Origin: Octopus sinensis
Taxonomy: Eukaryota
Length of the DNA stretch: 64,000 nt
Direction of reading: 5' to 3'
NCBI RefSeq assembly: GCF_006345805.1
Contig: NC_042998.1
Span: forward strand, 118,048,001 to 118,112,000
Shown here: piece by piece, positions 14,608 to 25,000 of the stretch
How positions within the stretch are numbered: position 1 is the first letter of the stretch
Layout: each line of letters starts with the position of its first letter
Notes under the pieces: model-generated
What the model saw: only the letters and a program-made list of their open reading frames with translations
Told to the model about the DNA's origin: nothing
Databases searched by the model: none
Translations under genes and position numbers: made by a program

Positions 14608-14863
14608 CTATTACAACCACTTTTCTTTATTAATTAATTAAATTAATGGCTTACTAGCGCAAGCGACCAACTTCTTGCTGTTATTTTTCTTCCATTTTCT
14701 TCTTGCATTTAATTTAAACTAAGGTTTACCCGCTGAGTTACCTGCTACCGTATACCTTTTACCAAGAACTTACCTACGCAGGTAATCACCAGGAGCGTCT
14801 TTGGATTTAACCATCGCTTAGAGATTTTTAACACCTCTGACTTATACTTATATACCTATATAT

Positions 14864-15458
14864 AGCAAAATCAAGGAACGGCCATAATAGGCCATTCACC
14901 CACTAGAAATAACAGCCAAAGCTTCAACCGCAAAACAACATTAATTCCGCAAACCAGGAGAAAATTAAAAAAACATTTACCCTGTAGTTCTTTATACGAT
15001 GCACCGTTTCATCTATTGTTTAATGGTAAACCAACCTGATTAAATTAAATCAAGCTAGTCTTCCATAGGCCGATAGATTCGTCAGTAAAGAACGGCCAGA
15101 TCGGAGCAGATATTTACACGAGGCACTTCCATCACTGTCTCGGCACTATCTGACCTAAAATTTTCAAATCATCGCACTCGCGCCAAATTTATCGGCAGCA
15201 AATATAAGCCGCCGATTCCATTACGGAATTAACCAGAAAATTCATAATTAATCAATATAGGGTGGCAAAAATTTCGTAGAAATCTTTTGCCACCAGCGGC
15301 CTAGTGGGAAAAAATTAAATAGTCATAGACCATTTATAAATTCAACAGCAAAATCAAGGAACGACCATAATAGGCCATTCACCCACTAGAAATAACAGCC
15401 AAAGCTTCAACCGCAAAACAACATTAATTCCGCAAACCAGGAGAAAATTAAAAAAACA
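14864..15458 (-). mobile_element. Non-coding hammerhead-bearing retroelement (retrozyme- or PLE pLTR-like): 483-bp unit plus 112-bp terminal redundancy
   Basis: Direct repeats 14864-14975 and 15347-15458 (one mismatch), internal complete hammerhead, both ends bordered by atacctatatata, (TA)n on the right. Confidence 0.75.
14987..15093 (-). ncRNA. Complete type I hammerhead ribozyme with long stem II
   Basis: Minus strand: GUUCUUUA-CUGACGA-AUCUAU...AUAGAU-GAAA-CGG-ugca-UCG-UA-UAAAGAAC; 8-bp stem I, GUA triplet at 14995-14997. Confidence 0.92.
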
Positions 15459-15459
15459 A

Positions 15460-15526
15460 ATACCTATATATATATATATTAAAAAATACCTATATATACC
15501 TATATATATATATTAAAAAACAAATA

Positions 15527-15583
<57 letters not shown>
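15460..15583. repeat. Stuttered aaaaa(ca)aatacctatata copies merging into (TA)n
   Basis: Direct inspection. Confidence 0.9.
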
Positions 15584-15587
<4 letters not shown>

Positions 15588-15686
15588 ATCTAGTTTTATG
15601 TGCAAATACGCCTTAGATTTATACTCTCCTAATAAGAAAACGCGAATGGAAATTGTACATCAATGGCACACCAGTAATGATAATAT

Positions 15687-15687
<1 letters not shown>

Positions 15688-15722
<35 letters not shown>

Positions 15723-15730
15723 CACTACTA

Positions 15731-15765
<35 letters not shown>

Positions 15766-15830
15766 ACTACAACTACTACTGCAGTTTCTGCTGCAGCTTT
15801 AACAACTACTACTACTGCCACCACCACTAC
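15688..15830. repeat. Compound (ACT)n/(GCT)n microsatellite
   Basis: Direct inspection; a similar array lies at 31521-31630. Confidence 0.95.
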
Positions 15831-15867
15831 TCCGTCTATTTACATTTCGCTTTCCAATTTCGCCAAG

Positions 15868-15995
15868 ATCATCTTTGCCGTGCATCATTTTCGGTGTCGA
15901 TGAAATAAGTACCATTTGAACTCTGGGATCGATAATATTGACTGAATACTGCCCACCCAAATTGATTTTAGCCACGTGCCAAAATTCGAAACCAT
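15868..15995 (+). mobile_element. Degenerate Nin/Deu-domain SINE fragment
   Basis: ctttgccgtgcatcattttcggtgtcgatgaaataagtacca resembles the Deu/Nin core; tail gtgccaaaattcgaaacc. Confidence 0.6.
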
Positions 15996-16874
15996 GAGTA
16001 TTAGAAGTGGTGGTGGTAGTCGTCGTTGTCGTGGTAGGAGGGTAGGAGGAGGATGAGGTGGTGGACGTGGAGCTGGTGGAGTGGGTTGTGGTGGAGGTGG
16101 TGGTAGTAGAAAAGGAGGAGGAGGGAGAAGAATTAGAATAGCCAGGTTATAAAAAATGATGTAAGACTTAAATATAGAAAATAGTTCGTTGATAGAATTC
16201 TTAAAAACTTTGCCCTTTTTTATTTAACGATAAATTAGAGTAATTCATATGTGTGATAATGTTTGTTGCCACTATGAAACATTATCATAAGTTCAGGTTT
16301 GCGCCTCTTCGGATTTATTGAGAAGTTTCGGAAAAGTGCACATAATACTTTGTAGAGATACTTCGAAAGAATCGATTACCATTATCTTGAAGAATATTTT
16401 TCATGTAAAGGTTTTGAAGGTGGAGATGGGAACCATTCACTATTCACGAATTTGATTTCACATAACCCTTCTTAAAAAGTATACTTTAATGACATTTTCA
16501 TAAAATATTTTTTGTGTTCGTACATATATTTTAATGTAGTAGTTTGAAAGGAAAATATGAAAAAAACAAGTAGATTTCTTTTCTTTACGGAAATTCATGA
16601 TGACAAAAGCAGGAGCGGGGAAATGATCCGTTAATCCCTAAAAGAATTCGTTTCTCTAAATTTTATCGATATATGTACATAATGTACACCCTGCATAATG
16701 TATCATAAAAAAAATTTCCTAAAGAAATGTTGCATATTTCAGAAAATAATAAGGAAATATATGTGCTCGTGTGCGCGCGTCTGTGTTTGTCTGTGTGATT
16801 GTACTTTACTTGTGTGTAGGAAACTTAAAACATGGTATTTCGGAAACATTATTAAATATGTAATACGTATACAT

Positions 16875-16911
<37 letters not shown>

Positions 16912-16934
16912 ATATATATATATATATATGTATG

Positions 16935-16987
<53 letters not shown>

Positions 16988-17086
16988 TATATATAAAATA
17001 TTATTCGAGACAAAACCACTATTTTGCAAAACAAGCAAGGAAAGACTTAATCAATACATAATTTTAATAAATAGTCAAAAAAACCG

Positions 17087-17129
17087 CCACTACAATCGTT
17101 TCTTGTCTTGATCGACAATCTTCAGGTGG
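17087..17129 (-). ncRNA. Minimal type I hammerhead motif (left arm)
   Basis: Exact reverse complement of 17204-17246. Confidence 0.8.
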
Positions 17130-17203
17130 ACTTCCAATAATTCAGTGTCAAATTATGAAGTCAATTATGAAACTTCATAATTTCTCACTGAATTATTGGA
17201 AGT

Positions 17204-17246
17204 CCACCTGAAGATTGTCGATCAAGACAAGAAACGATTGTAGTGG
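17204..17246 (+). ncRNA. Minimal type I hammerhead motif (right arm)
   Basis: CCAC-CUGAAGA-UUGUC-gaucaa-GACAA-GAAA-C-gauu-G-UA-GUGG; stems I and II pair fully, 2-bp stem III, GUA triplet. Confidence 0.8.
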
Positions 17247-17444
17247 CGGTTTTTTTGACTATTTATTAAAATTTATGTATTGATTAAGACTTTCCTTGTT
17301 TGTTTTGCAAAATAGTGGTTTTGTCTCGAATAATATTTTATAATATTTTACTATAAAATCGATTTAATCATAAATCTGATTTTTTCCCTGTAAATTTGGA
17401 TTTATTCCCTAATATTTATTATTATTATATATATATATATATAT

Positions 17445-17545
17445 ATACGACTGGTTTCTCTCAGTTTCCGTCTATCAAATATGCCTACAAAGTCACAGGC
17501 AAACGCTTAAACAAGATGCCCCGCAATGAAACTGAACCATGTAGT
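17445..17545 (-). mobile_element. Degenerate SINE 5' fragment
   Basis: Similar to 10115-10240 (cagtttccgtctatcaaat...aaactgaacc). Confidence 0.45.
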
Positions 17546-17599
17546 ATATATATGCATGCACACATTCACACGCAGATAAACACACACACAGACAGATAC

Positions 17600-17795
17600 A
17601 TATGATTGACCGCTAACACCAAAAGTTTTTATTTTATTCTCTTTCTTTTTATTTCCTCGTGTTCCTTTCTGCTGAAGGGCGTAGGCTCGAAACGTAGAAG
17701 ACTTTCTCACTTTCTCGACCGTCAAATAAATACATTTCCTTGTTGTTTATACACCTGTCTTCGTCTTTTGCTTTACTGTAAATGTCAACTATATA
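17600..17795 (+). mobile_element. PLE pLTR-like short repeat with variant minimal hammerhead (17665-17700)
   Basis: CUUU-CUGCUGA-A-GGGC-guag-GCUC-GAAAC-GUA-GAAG; related copies at 18815-19010, 57301-57410 and 58410-58540. Confidence 0.6.
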
Positions 17796-17877
17796 TATGT
17801 GGGTGTGTGTATGCGTGTGAGTGCGTGTGTGTGTGTGCGTGTGTGTGCGTGTGTGTGTATGTATGTACATATATATA

Positions 17878-18575
17878 CTCGTCAGTAAAGTCACAGAGGG
17901 TACAAAGTGATGCCAGCATTGCTTGAAATTAAAGTCGAAACGACTCATTAGCAACAAAACCACTATCTTGGTAAGTTGACGAGGGAGACAAAGCTCACTA
18001 CAGTCGCAGATATGGCTAATCACGCGATTTCGAATTGTGATGCAGAGCATCTTAATTCTCGTCAGTGGCTCCTACTGCGCCTAGGGTTAAACTCAGCTCG
18101 CTGGCATCTCTGCAGATCCACTCTGGGTGAGAAGCTAGATGGTATATTAATGCGATGCTGCTTTTTGTATTGTGGTTTTCTGTGGAATGGCGATAGATGC
18201 CACATACATCATACATTCTTTAAAAAAATTTCAACTCGCCTCGTCAACTTATAAGGCAAACCGTTGAAAATATATGTTGATTTCAACTTACTAAAATAGG
18301 GCTTTTGTAGCTAATGAGTTGTTTTGACTGTTATTTCTAGAAAAGTTGGTACCTCTTTGCACCCTCTGTCACTATAGCGATGTCAATAAATTTGCTCTTA
18401 GGTACTTGAATTGCTAATAAACCACCCATAAATATTTATAGTTTACACTTCTCCCGTTTTTGGAAGCATCACATGTTTTCAATGGTTGACGAGGCGAGTT
18501 GAACTTAATCCTAAGCGCAGTAACAGCCACTGACGAGAATTAACATGCTTTGCATCAGAATTCAAAACCACTTTA
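17878..18575. mobile_element. Two diverged, oppositely oriented copies of a hammerhead-bearing element
   Basis: 17888-17967 is inverted relative to 18295-18373; 18025-18101 is inverted relative to 18494-18570; cores CUGACGA-GAAUU...AAUUC-(G/A)AAA. Confidence 0.65.
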
Positions 18576-18886
18576 TATGTATGTATTTTCGTTGATTTTT
18601 CATATTTTATCCCTATATATATATATATATATATATCTATATATATATATATTTACGTGTGTATCTGTGTGTGTATGTGTGTGTCGTGTGTGTGTTCGTG
18701 TGTGTGTATATGTGTTTGTTTCTGTGCGATGGGAAATCGTATGTCGAAACTGATATAGTTATATTTCAAGATGGTTATGCTTTAAATGATACATACATAT
18801 ATATGTACGTACATTTCAAAATGTGACCGCTTGTGTATCGTTGGCGATTTTCTTTCTCCTTCTTCCCGTCTTTGTACTTTTTCTAT

Positions 18887-18921
18887 ATTTCTGATGAAGA
18901 GCTCCGTTCGAAACATGAAAT
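18887..18921 (+). ncRNA. Minimal hammerhead motif, cleavage triplet degenerate
   Basis: AUUU-CUGAUGA-A-GAGC-ucc-GUUC-GAAAC-aug-AAAU. Confidence 0.55.
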
Positions 18922-19436
18922 TCCTTTTCTTTTCTCTACTTTCCTGAGCGTCCAATAACACTGTATTTATTTCACGTCCTCGCGTTATTGTTTTTCTTGC
19001 TTGTTCATGTTTGGATTCACTACATACATACATACATACGTACACACAAGCATACATACATATATGGATGCACACACACACAGACTCACACACACATACA
19101 CACACATACATGTATGCATACACAAGCAGACGAACAGACATCACGCTGACGCACTCGCATACGCACAATCAGACCAAAGTAACGCAATTCCAATAACGGA
19201 CAGAGTCAATATCCAGTAAAAAGGTTGGGAAAGCAACGAAAATTTTGGAAGAAAAAGAAATAATATAAAAAATAAATGGGTGAAAATCGAGCCGGTGAGT
19301 GTGTTAGATAATGAGGCCTGAAGACTCTCAGCAGACACAAAAAAATTGTTTCAACACACGAAATGATATAAAGAATTTTGCAAAACAGATACTAAAACGA
19401 AATGCGTGTGTGTGTGTGTGTATGTGTGCGTGTATG

Positions 19437-19477
<41 letters not shown>

Positions 19478-20406
19478 TTATATATATACATATATGTGTA
19501 TGTATATGCGCGCGTGTGTGTGTGTTTCTGAGTGTATGTATGTGTGTATATGTGTATTTCTGAGTGTATGTATGTGTGTATGTGTGTGTATATATGCATG
19601 TATGTATATAAATACATATTGGTGCCCCTCTCGAGTTTCTCTTTCTTCGTGGATTTTTGAAAAATGTTGTTGGAGGTGTAGACCTGGAAAAAACATTGGG
19701 GTTTTAGACTCCATAAACCCAGGAACTCCTGAATCAGAGTGCAATATATGAATGTAGTGCAAAGTTGTACTCTTGCAAGGTCTTCACCATACGTCTAGGG
19801 CAAAATTCGGCTGTCGATCTCATGATTCACTGCTGTGAAAATGTTTGCTTCGACTCATATATTTGGTATTCTTTTTAATGCAACATCTCAACGAAGAATG
19901 TCTTTCATACGAAATCCACAGTATCATGCTATTAGACGCTGTATATACATCTAGTATCATACAAAGGTGGCAATATATGTGTACGTGTGCTGGAGTGCGT
20001 ACGTATTGTGCATAAATTTTATTAGCACATTAAATATATAATAATGACAGGTAATAAATATGGCTAGAAGCTACTCTTTACTGAGCGACAGCATACTAAT
20101 TTTTATTCTTTATCATTTATAATTCGACGAATATCTGGTGCAATATCCTTTGAGCCAGAGCACTCCCTGTTTATGATTAATATATGGAATATAATATATT
20201 TAACCATCCTGTAATTGCTATCTCAAGAGAGAAATATTGTCCTTCGAAATTTAAAGCAGCTGAATAACATGTTATATTTGAGAGAAAATTTCTCTTTATG
20301 GAATCCATGCATTGTTTTTGTTCCTATAAATTTCTATTTTACTCAGAACAAAGGTTCCACAATAATGCCGCACACACACATAACAACACGTTGTTGCACA
20401 TAATTA

Positions 20407-22825
20407 CACTGGTCAACAAAATTAAATGTATTATAGTCGTTACAAATGCAGCCCAATTTTTTTACACTAATTTTTCATGCTGATTTCAAAATGTTACTTT
20501 ACTTGTATGCAGCACGTATCGTGGTTTTAGTAGATACATGAAAATATTTACATAATTGTTCATATAAAATAATTAAGGACATAATCTTCTTAGAAAGTAA
20601 ATGAGTTTATTGAGTTAAAAATCATCAATATCATTCTACAAAGAGTGAATACACAAAAAATGGCACAGATAAAATAGACAAAATTAGAACAACAGAGTTA
20701 TTGTGATTTGGATTTTCTGCGGTGTTCTTGATCTGGTTGATCATGTTAAAGAGTTCAGCAGTGGTCGGCCAGCATCCTGTCATTCCAGAAGCCTTGGTGC
20801 CGTTTCTCCATAGCTCTAATATCCTGGTGAAATCTTTCACCATGTCCATCAGTCACTGCTCCAAGTTTATCTGCGACGAAATCCAGATGGGATTCCAAGA
20901 AGTGAACTTTCAGTGACATGCGACAACCTTTGAGTACTTCTCTAATTCGGGGTCCGACAAAGACACCCTCTTTTAACTTCGCCTGTTGAGAAGCCAGTAG
21001 GACATTACATGGAGCTACAAGAGGTGTACACTCGACACTAGACAGTCCTAGCTGGTATGATGTTCTGTCAGTTGCCCGACTATCCCATAGACACACGAAA
21101 CAGCACTATTTTGAGAAACCTGACTGCATTCCCATTAACATAACAATTACTTTTATATCTCCACCTATTTTCCATGAGTATCGTTCACAGGCAATAGCAT
21201 GAAGTAAAAGTTCCATATTCTCATACCATACCTGAAGACGAACATAGTGTGCAATATGAATGGAGGCTTCAATTGAGCGCTATGGACAAGTACAACTTTT
21301 AAACGTCGTTTTGAAGAGTCAATAAACAAACGCCAGGTTTACAGGATCATGATTTTGTAATAAACATTCGACAGGTCCATCGATGTTACAGCAAAGCAAA
21401 GCAAAGCGGGCCTTCAACAGAGAAACACGTTTATAGAACCACATTTCTCTGCCGAAAATCAGTTATACTAACACCGTGCCCTGGCAGATACTTTCCATTC
21501 AGTCTGCTTCATCTTTTGAGAGGGAGAGGTCTCTAACATGGTCAGTCAGTTCACCTTGAAAACATTTCTGAGGTTCAAATCTGTCGTGATCAGCCACGTA
21601 ATCTTCCTCAGGAATACTATCGTGACAGTCAGTATTAACTTCTGATGTTTCAAAACATATTTCTTTACTACCCACAAGGGGCTAAACACAGAGGAGACAA
21701 ACGAGGACAGACAGATGGATTAAGTCGATTATATTGAGACCAGTGCGTAACTGGCACTTAATTTATCGACCCCGAAAGGATGAAAGGGAAAGTCGACATC
21801 GGCGGAATTTGAAATCAGAACGTAACGGCAGACGAAATACCTATTTCTTTACTACCCACAAGTGTCTAAACACAGAGGAGACAAACAAGGACAGACAGAT
21901 GGATTAAGTCGATTATATTGACCCCAGTGCGTAACTGATACTTAATGTATCGACTCCGGAAGGATGAAAGGCAAAGTCGACCTCAGCGGAATTTGAACTC
22001 AGAACGTAACGGCAGACGAAATACTGCTAAGCATTTCGCCCGGCGCGCTAATGTTTCTGCCAGCTCGCCGCCTTTTAATACCACCATCTAGTGGAACTGG
22101 AAATGGCAGATTTCCATTATGATGCACAGCTCTCATTGCGGAATCCAAATTGGGATACACAATCTCGTGTTTATTCTTCATAGAAAATCCTGTGATATTT
22201 ACATTGCAAAAATAACAGTCATTAAAACGATCTTTCGGCTCCCTCTATATCAGTGGAATGGCAAGCCATTTGATAAGGCTGAGCAGATAATATATAATGC
22301 CCAAAACTAGTCCTGATCTCCAAGAGGGCGGTCAAACTAGCTTATAAATCTTCTAATGTCATTGTACATTTTTGAGCTTTCACAATAAATTGTCTACACA
22401 CAAAACGCATCAGGACGATTTCCACGCTGTCTTGACATTGTTAACTCTGTAAAACAAGTAAGGAAATATATACTAACGGTTATACTTATACTGAATATGA
22501 GATGATGAAATATTTCATCTGGACAGTTTGAGATGTTGAAATACCTATTTAATCGGACAAAACTTGATTGGTTAATTTAAAGATGATGAAATATTGTATC
22601 TGAACTATGCAGCAATAAATAATCTAGCTTATTTTGAAGGTATGTTTCCATGATGCAAATGAAATACATGCATACACGTCATTAATTGGAGCTAAAACCT
22701 CAAAATACTTCTGATCTTGAAAACTGTACGTGATGTCAAGAAACTAATTGAATATTTGAAATCAGCATTAAAAACTACACTAAGTAGACCTTGATATGTG
22801 TTTGATAAAAAAAACTTAACCAGTG
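20407..22825 (-). mobile_element. Chapaev-type (CMC superfamily) DNA transposon, transposase pseudogene
   Basis: Termini CACTGGT(C/T)AA...CAGTG; N-terminal MSRQRGNRPDAFC from ATG at 22438; C-terminal motifs CLWDSRA, KLKEGVFVGPRIR, MSLKVHFLESHLDF...GAVTDGHGERFHQDI; frameshifted, deleted and SINE-interrupted. Confidence 0.85.
21659..22074 (-). mobile_element. Tandem tRNA-derived Nin/Deu-domain SINE (full copy 21843-22074 plus 5'-truncated copy 21659-21842)
   Basis: Head ggcggcgagctggcagaaac...gagttcaaattcc (A/B boxes), gactttgcctttcatccttccggagtcgata core; the 184-bp 3' part is duplicated. Confidence 0.9.
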
Positions 22826-23257
22826 TCGTTTATATCTTTATGTGTATTTGTGTGTATGCGTGTATGCGTGCACGTTCGTGTGTATGTTGCGCGTGTGTGT
22901 GTGTATGTTTGTATGTGTGTGTGTGTGTATGTTTGTATGTGTGTGTGTGTGTGGCACTCGTGCACAACCATATTTAACGTTATTATTTAGCATTTTATGC
23001 TACATTCGTCTATAGCTTGTTGATACATTCTAATAGGTGCCTCCGTATTTTGCTATGGTTATAGTGTACAAACAATGTGTGCACCTTAGACAAACGGTTA
23101 ATATATTACGAAGATTTTTGGGAAGAAATTTGAACCGTAATGAAATTTCAACACCAATATCTAGTTACTGAAGTTGACTTCAAAATTAAGTTCCTTCATT
23201 TTACTTCGAGATTTCAACGATTTAAAGCCATATTTATCTACGTTTATAGAAGTTGTT

Positions 23258-23741
23258 GCATAACCGCCATAGGACTGCAAAAATATCTACTTCAGAAGGA
23301 AGGAAAACTGATCCAGATAGCGGCAAAACACGAGCAAAACAAAAAAACTGTTCTCAGTATTTAAGGAAGCTGACAAATACAAACAAGAAATCATACCACC
23401 TAATAAACATGAAGAAGAAGAAGAAGATGAAGAAACAACAAAAGCTATGAAACAAATGAAATCCAAACTAAAAATAGAACAGCAACGAACCATGATAAAA
23501 CGATGGCAAGAAAAGCCCCTTCATGGTAAATACTGGACTAAACTAAACGCAAAAGAAATAGACAAAGAAAAATCCCAGCAATGGTTGAGAAGCTCAGGAC
23601 TCAAAGCAGAAACAGAGGGATTTTTAATTGCAGCACAAGACCAAAGCCTCCCCACCAGAAATTACCAAAAACATGTAATGAAAAGAAATATTACAAGTAA
23701 CTGCAGAATATGTGGAGATGGACAAGAAACAATAAATCATA
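23258..23741 (+). mobile_element. R4/Dong-like non-LTR retrotransposon fragment (post-RT region to zinc knuckle)
   Basis: WQEKPLHGKY...QWLRSSGLKAETEGFLIAAQDQSLPTRNY...CRICGDGQETINH. Confidence 0.9.
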
Positions 23742-25000
23742 AATCAGCTTGAACGAAGATTTTGCTCGCTTCTTCAGGCCAAATTCCATATTTCTGTCAT
23801 CGCTGAATTTTTTCACACTTACTAATATACCTTTCAGATTATTGTCATCTTTTGCATATAATTTCAGATCAGCCATGTAGAGCAAGTGTGAGATGATCTT
23901 GTCAAACATTGTGTAACCGTAAATTCTTCTATTGAGCTCGTGGGACAAGTAATTGATGGAAAGAAAGAAGAGGAGATGGGGAGTGAATCAAGCTGGAATA
24001 TTCCATGGTTTACTTTGATGTTCTCTGGTACATACAAGCCTTTCTTGTGGTTGAGAAATAATTTTGTGATCCACAGTCACATACTGTGATGTAAAAAACC
24101 TTTTACGAAAGGAGAATTCTGTTATATATTTAGTGTCTCTGAAATCCATCTATGTGGAACATTGTCAAATACATTCCGTGCTAAGATTTCGTTTTGCAGC
24201 TGTACAATTTTCGAGTATTATACGATTTATTAACAGTTGGTCATTGCAGCCCTATGAGTTTCTTTTGCACCCTTTTTTTATTCAAGAGGAATTCTGTTGT
24301 ATCCATCGAGAAATTAGTACATCATTTCGGTGAGGATGGATGTAATTGTTTTCACATTGTGGTCAAACAAGTGACCGACCAGTAGTTGTTTGGATTTCTT
24401 GAATAGCTTGTTCTAGAGAATAGGTGTGTTATCCCTACTATCATCCATCTTACTGTCATTTCGGGGTTTCTCATGATATTAGAGAAACATACCATTAACT
24501 GACGGTTGGATGATGACATGCTGACAAAATAGAAGTCTGCGATTTTATCGTGTACAGGAGAATCCACTTATGAGTTTTAGATAGATGTAGTTTCTGCAAT
24601 GCAATAACATTCCATCTCTGTTCTTCTTCTCCCGTTGTCCATTCAGCTTCCTTCGTAAATTCATTTCTATCACTCCATACCCTTTTCCAAAATATCACTG
24701 TCTTTCATATTTGTCTGGTATTTTACTTCGATCGAGAGTTTCCCTAACTATCTGTGGAATTTCACGATGTCTCCCGTGGTCAGTCTATTGGCCATGAAGG
24801 GTTTCTTGTAGCAGCACTTATCACGGTATTCAGTACACGATTTGACTTACAGCTTTTCAAAAAATGTTTCTGGTGTCTCTATTTTCTTCTCTATTTATCT
24901 TTCATATCATCCTCTATTTTATATCTGTTGCAATGCTTGGAAACAGAAAACACTTTCATAATTCATTTATCTATACTTTCGCAATCCTACTGTGAAAATG
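23742..25000 (-). mobile_element. Decayed R4/Dong-like reverse transcriptase region
   Basis: ISHLLYMADLKLYAK (YMDD variant), MEFGLKK, IFWKRVWS; many stops; far boundary approximate. Confidence 0.8.

Larger units (their letters stand above)
16992..17342. repeat. Near-perfect ~170-bp-arm inverted repeat (foldback element) next to (TA)n
   Basis: 16992-17161 is the reverse complement of 17172-17342 with only a few mismatches; 10-nt spacer. Confidence 0.97.

Noticed and set aside
15598-15903. Poly-Thr/Ala mucin-like ORF (also 31371-31685)
   Set aside because: Trinucleotide microsatellite running into SINE/LINE sequence.
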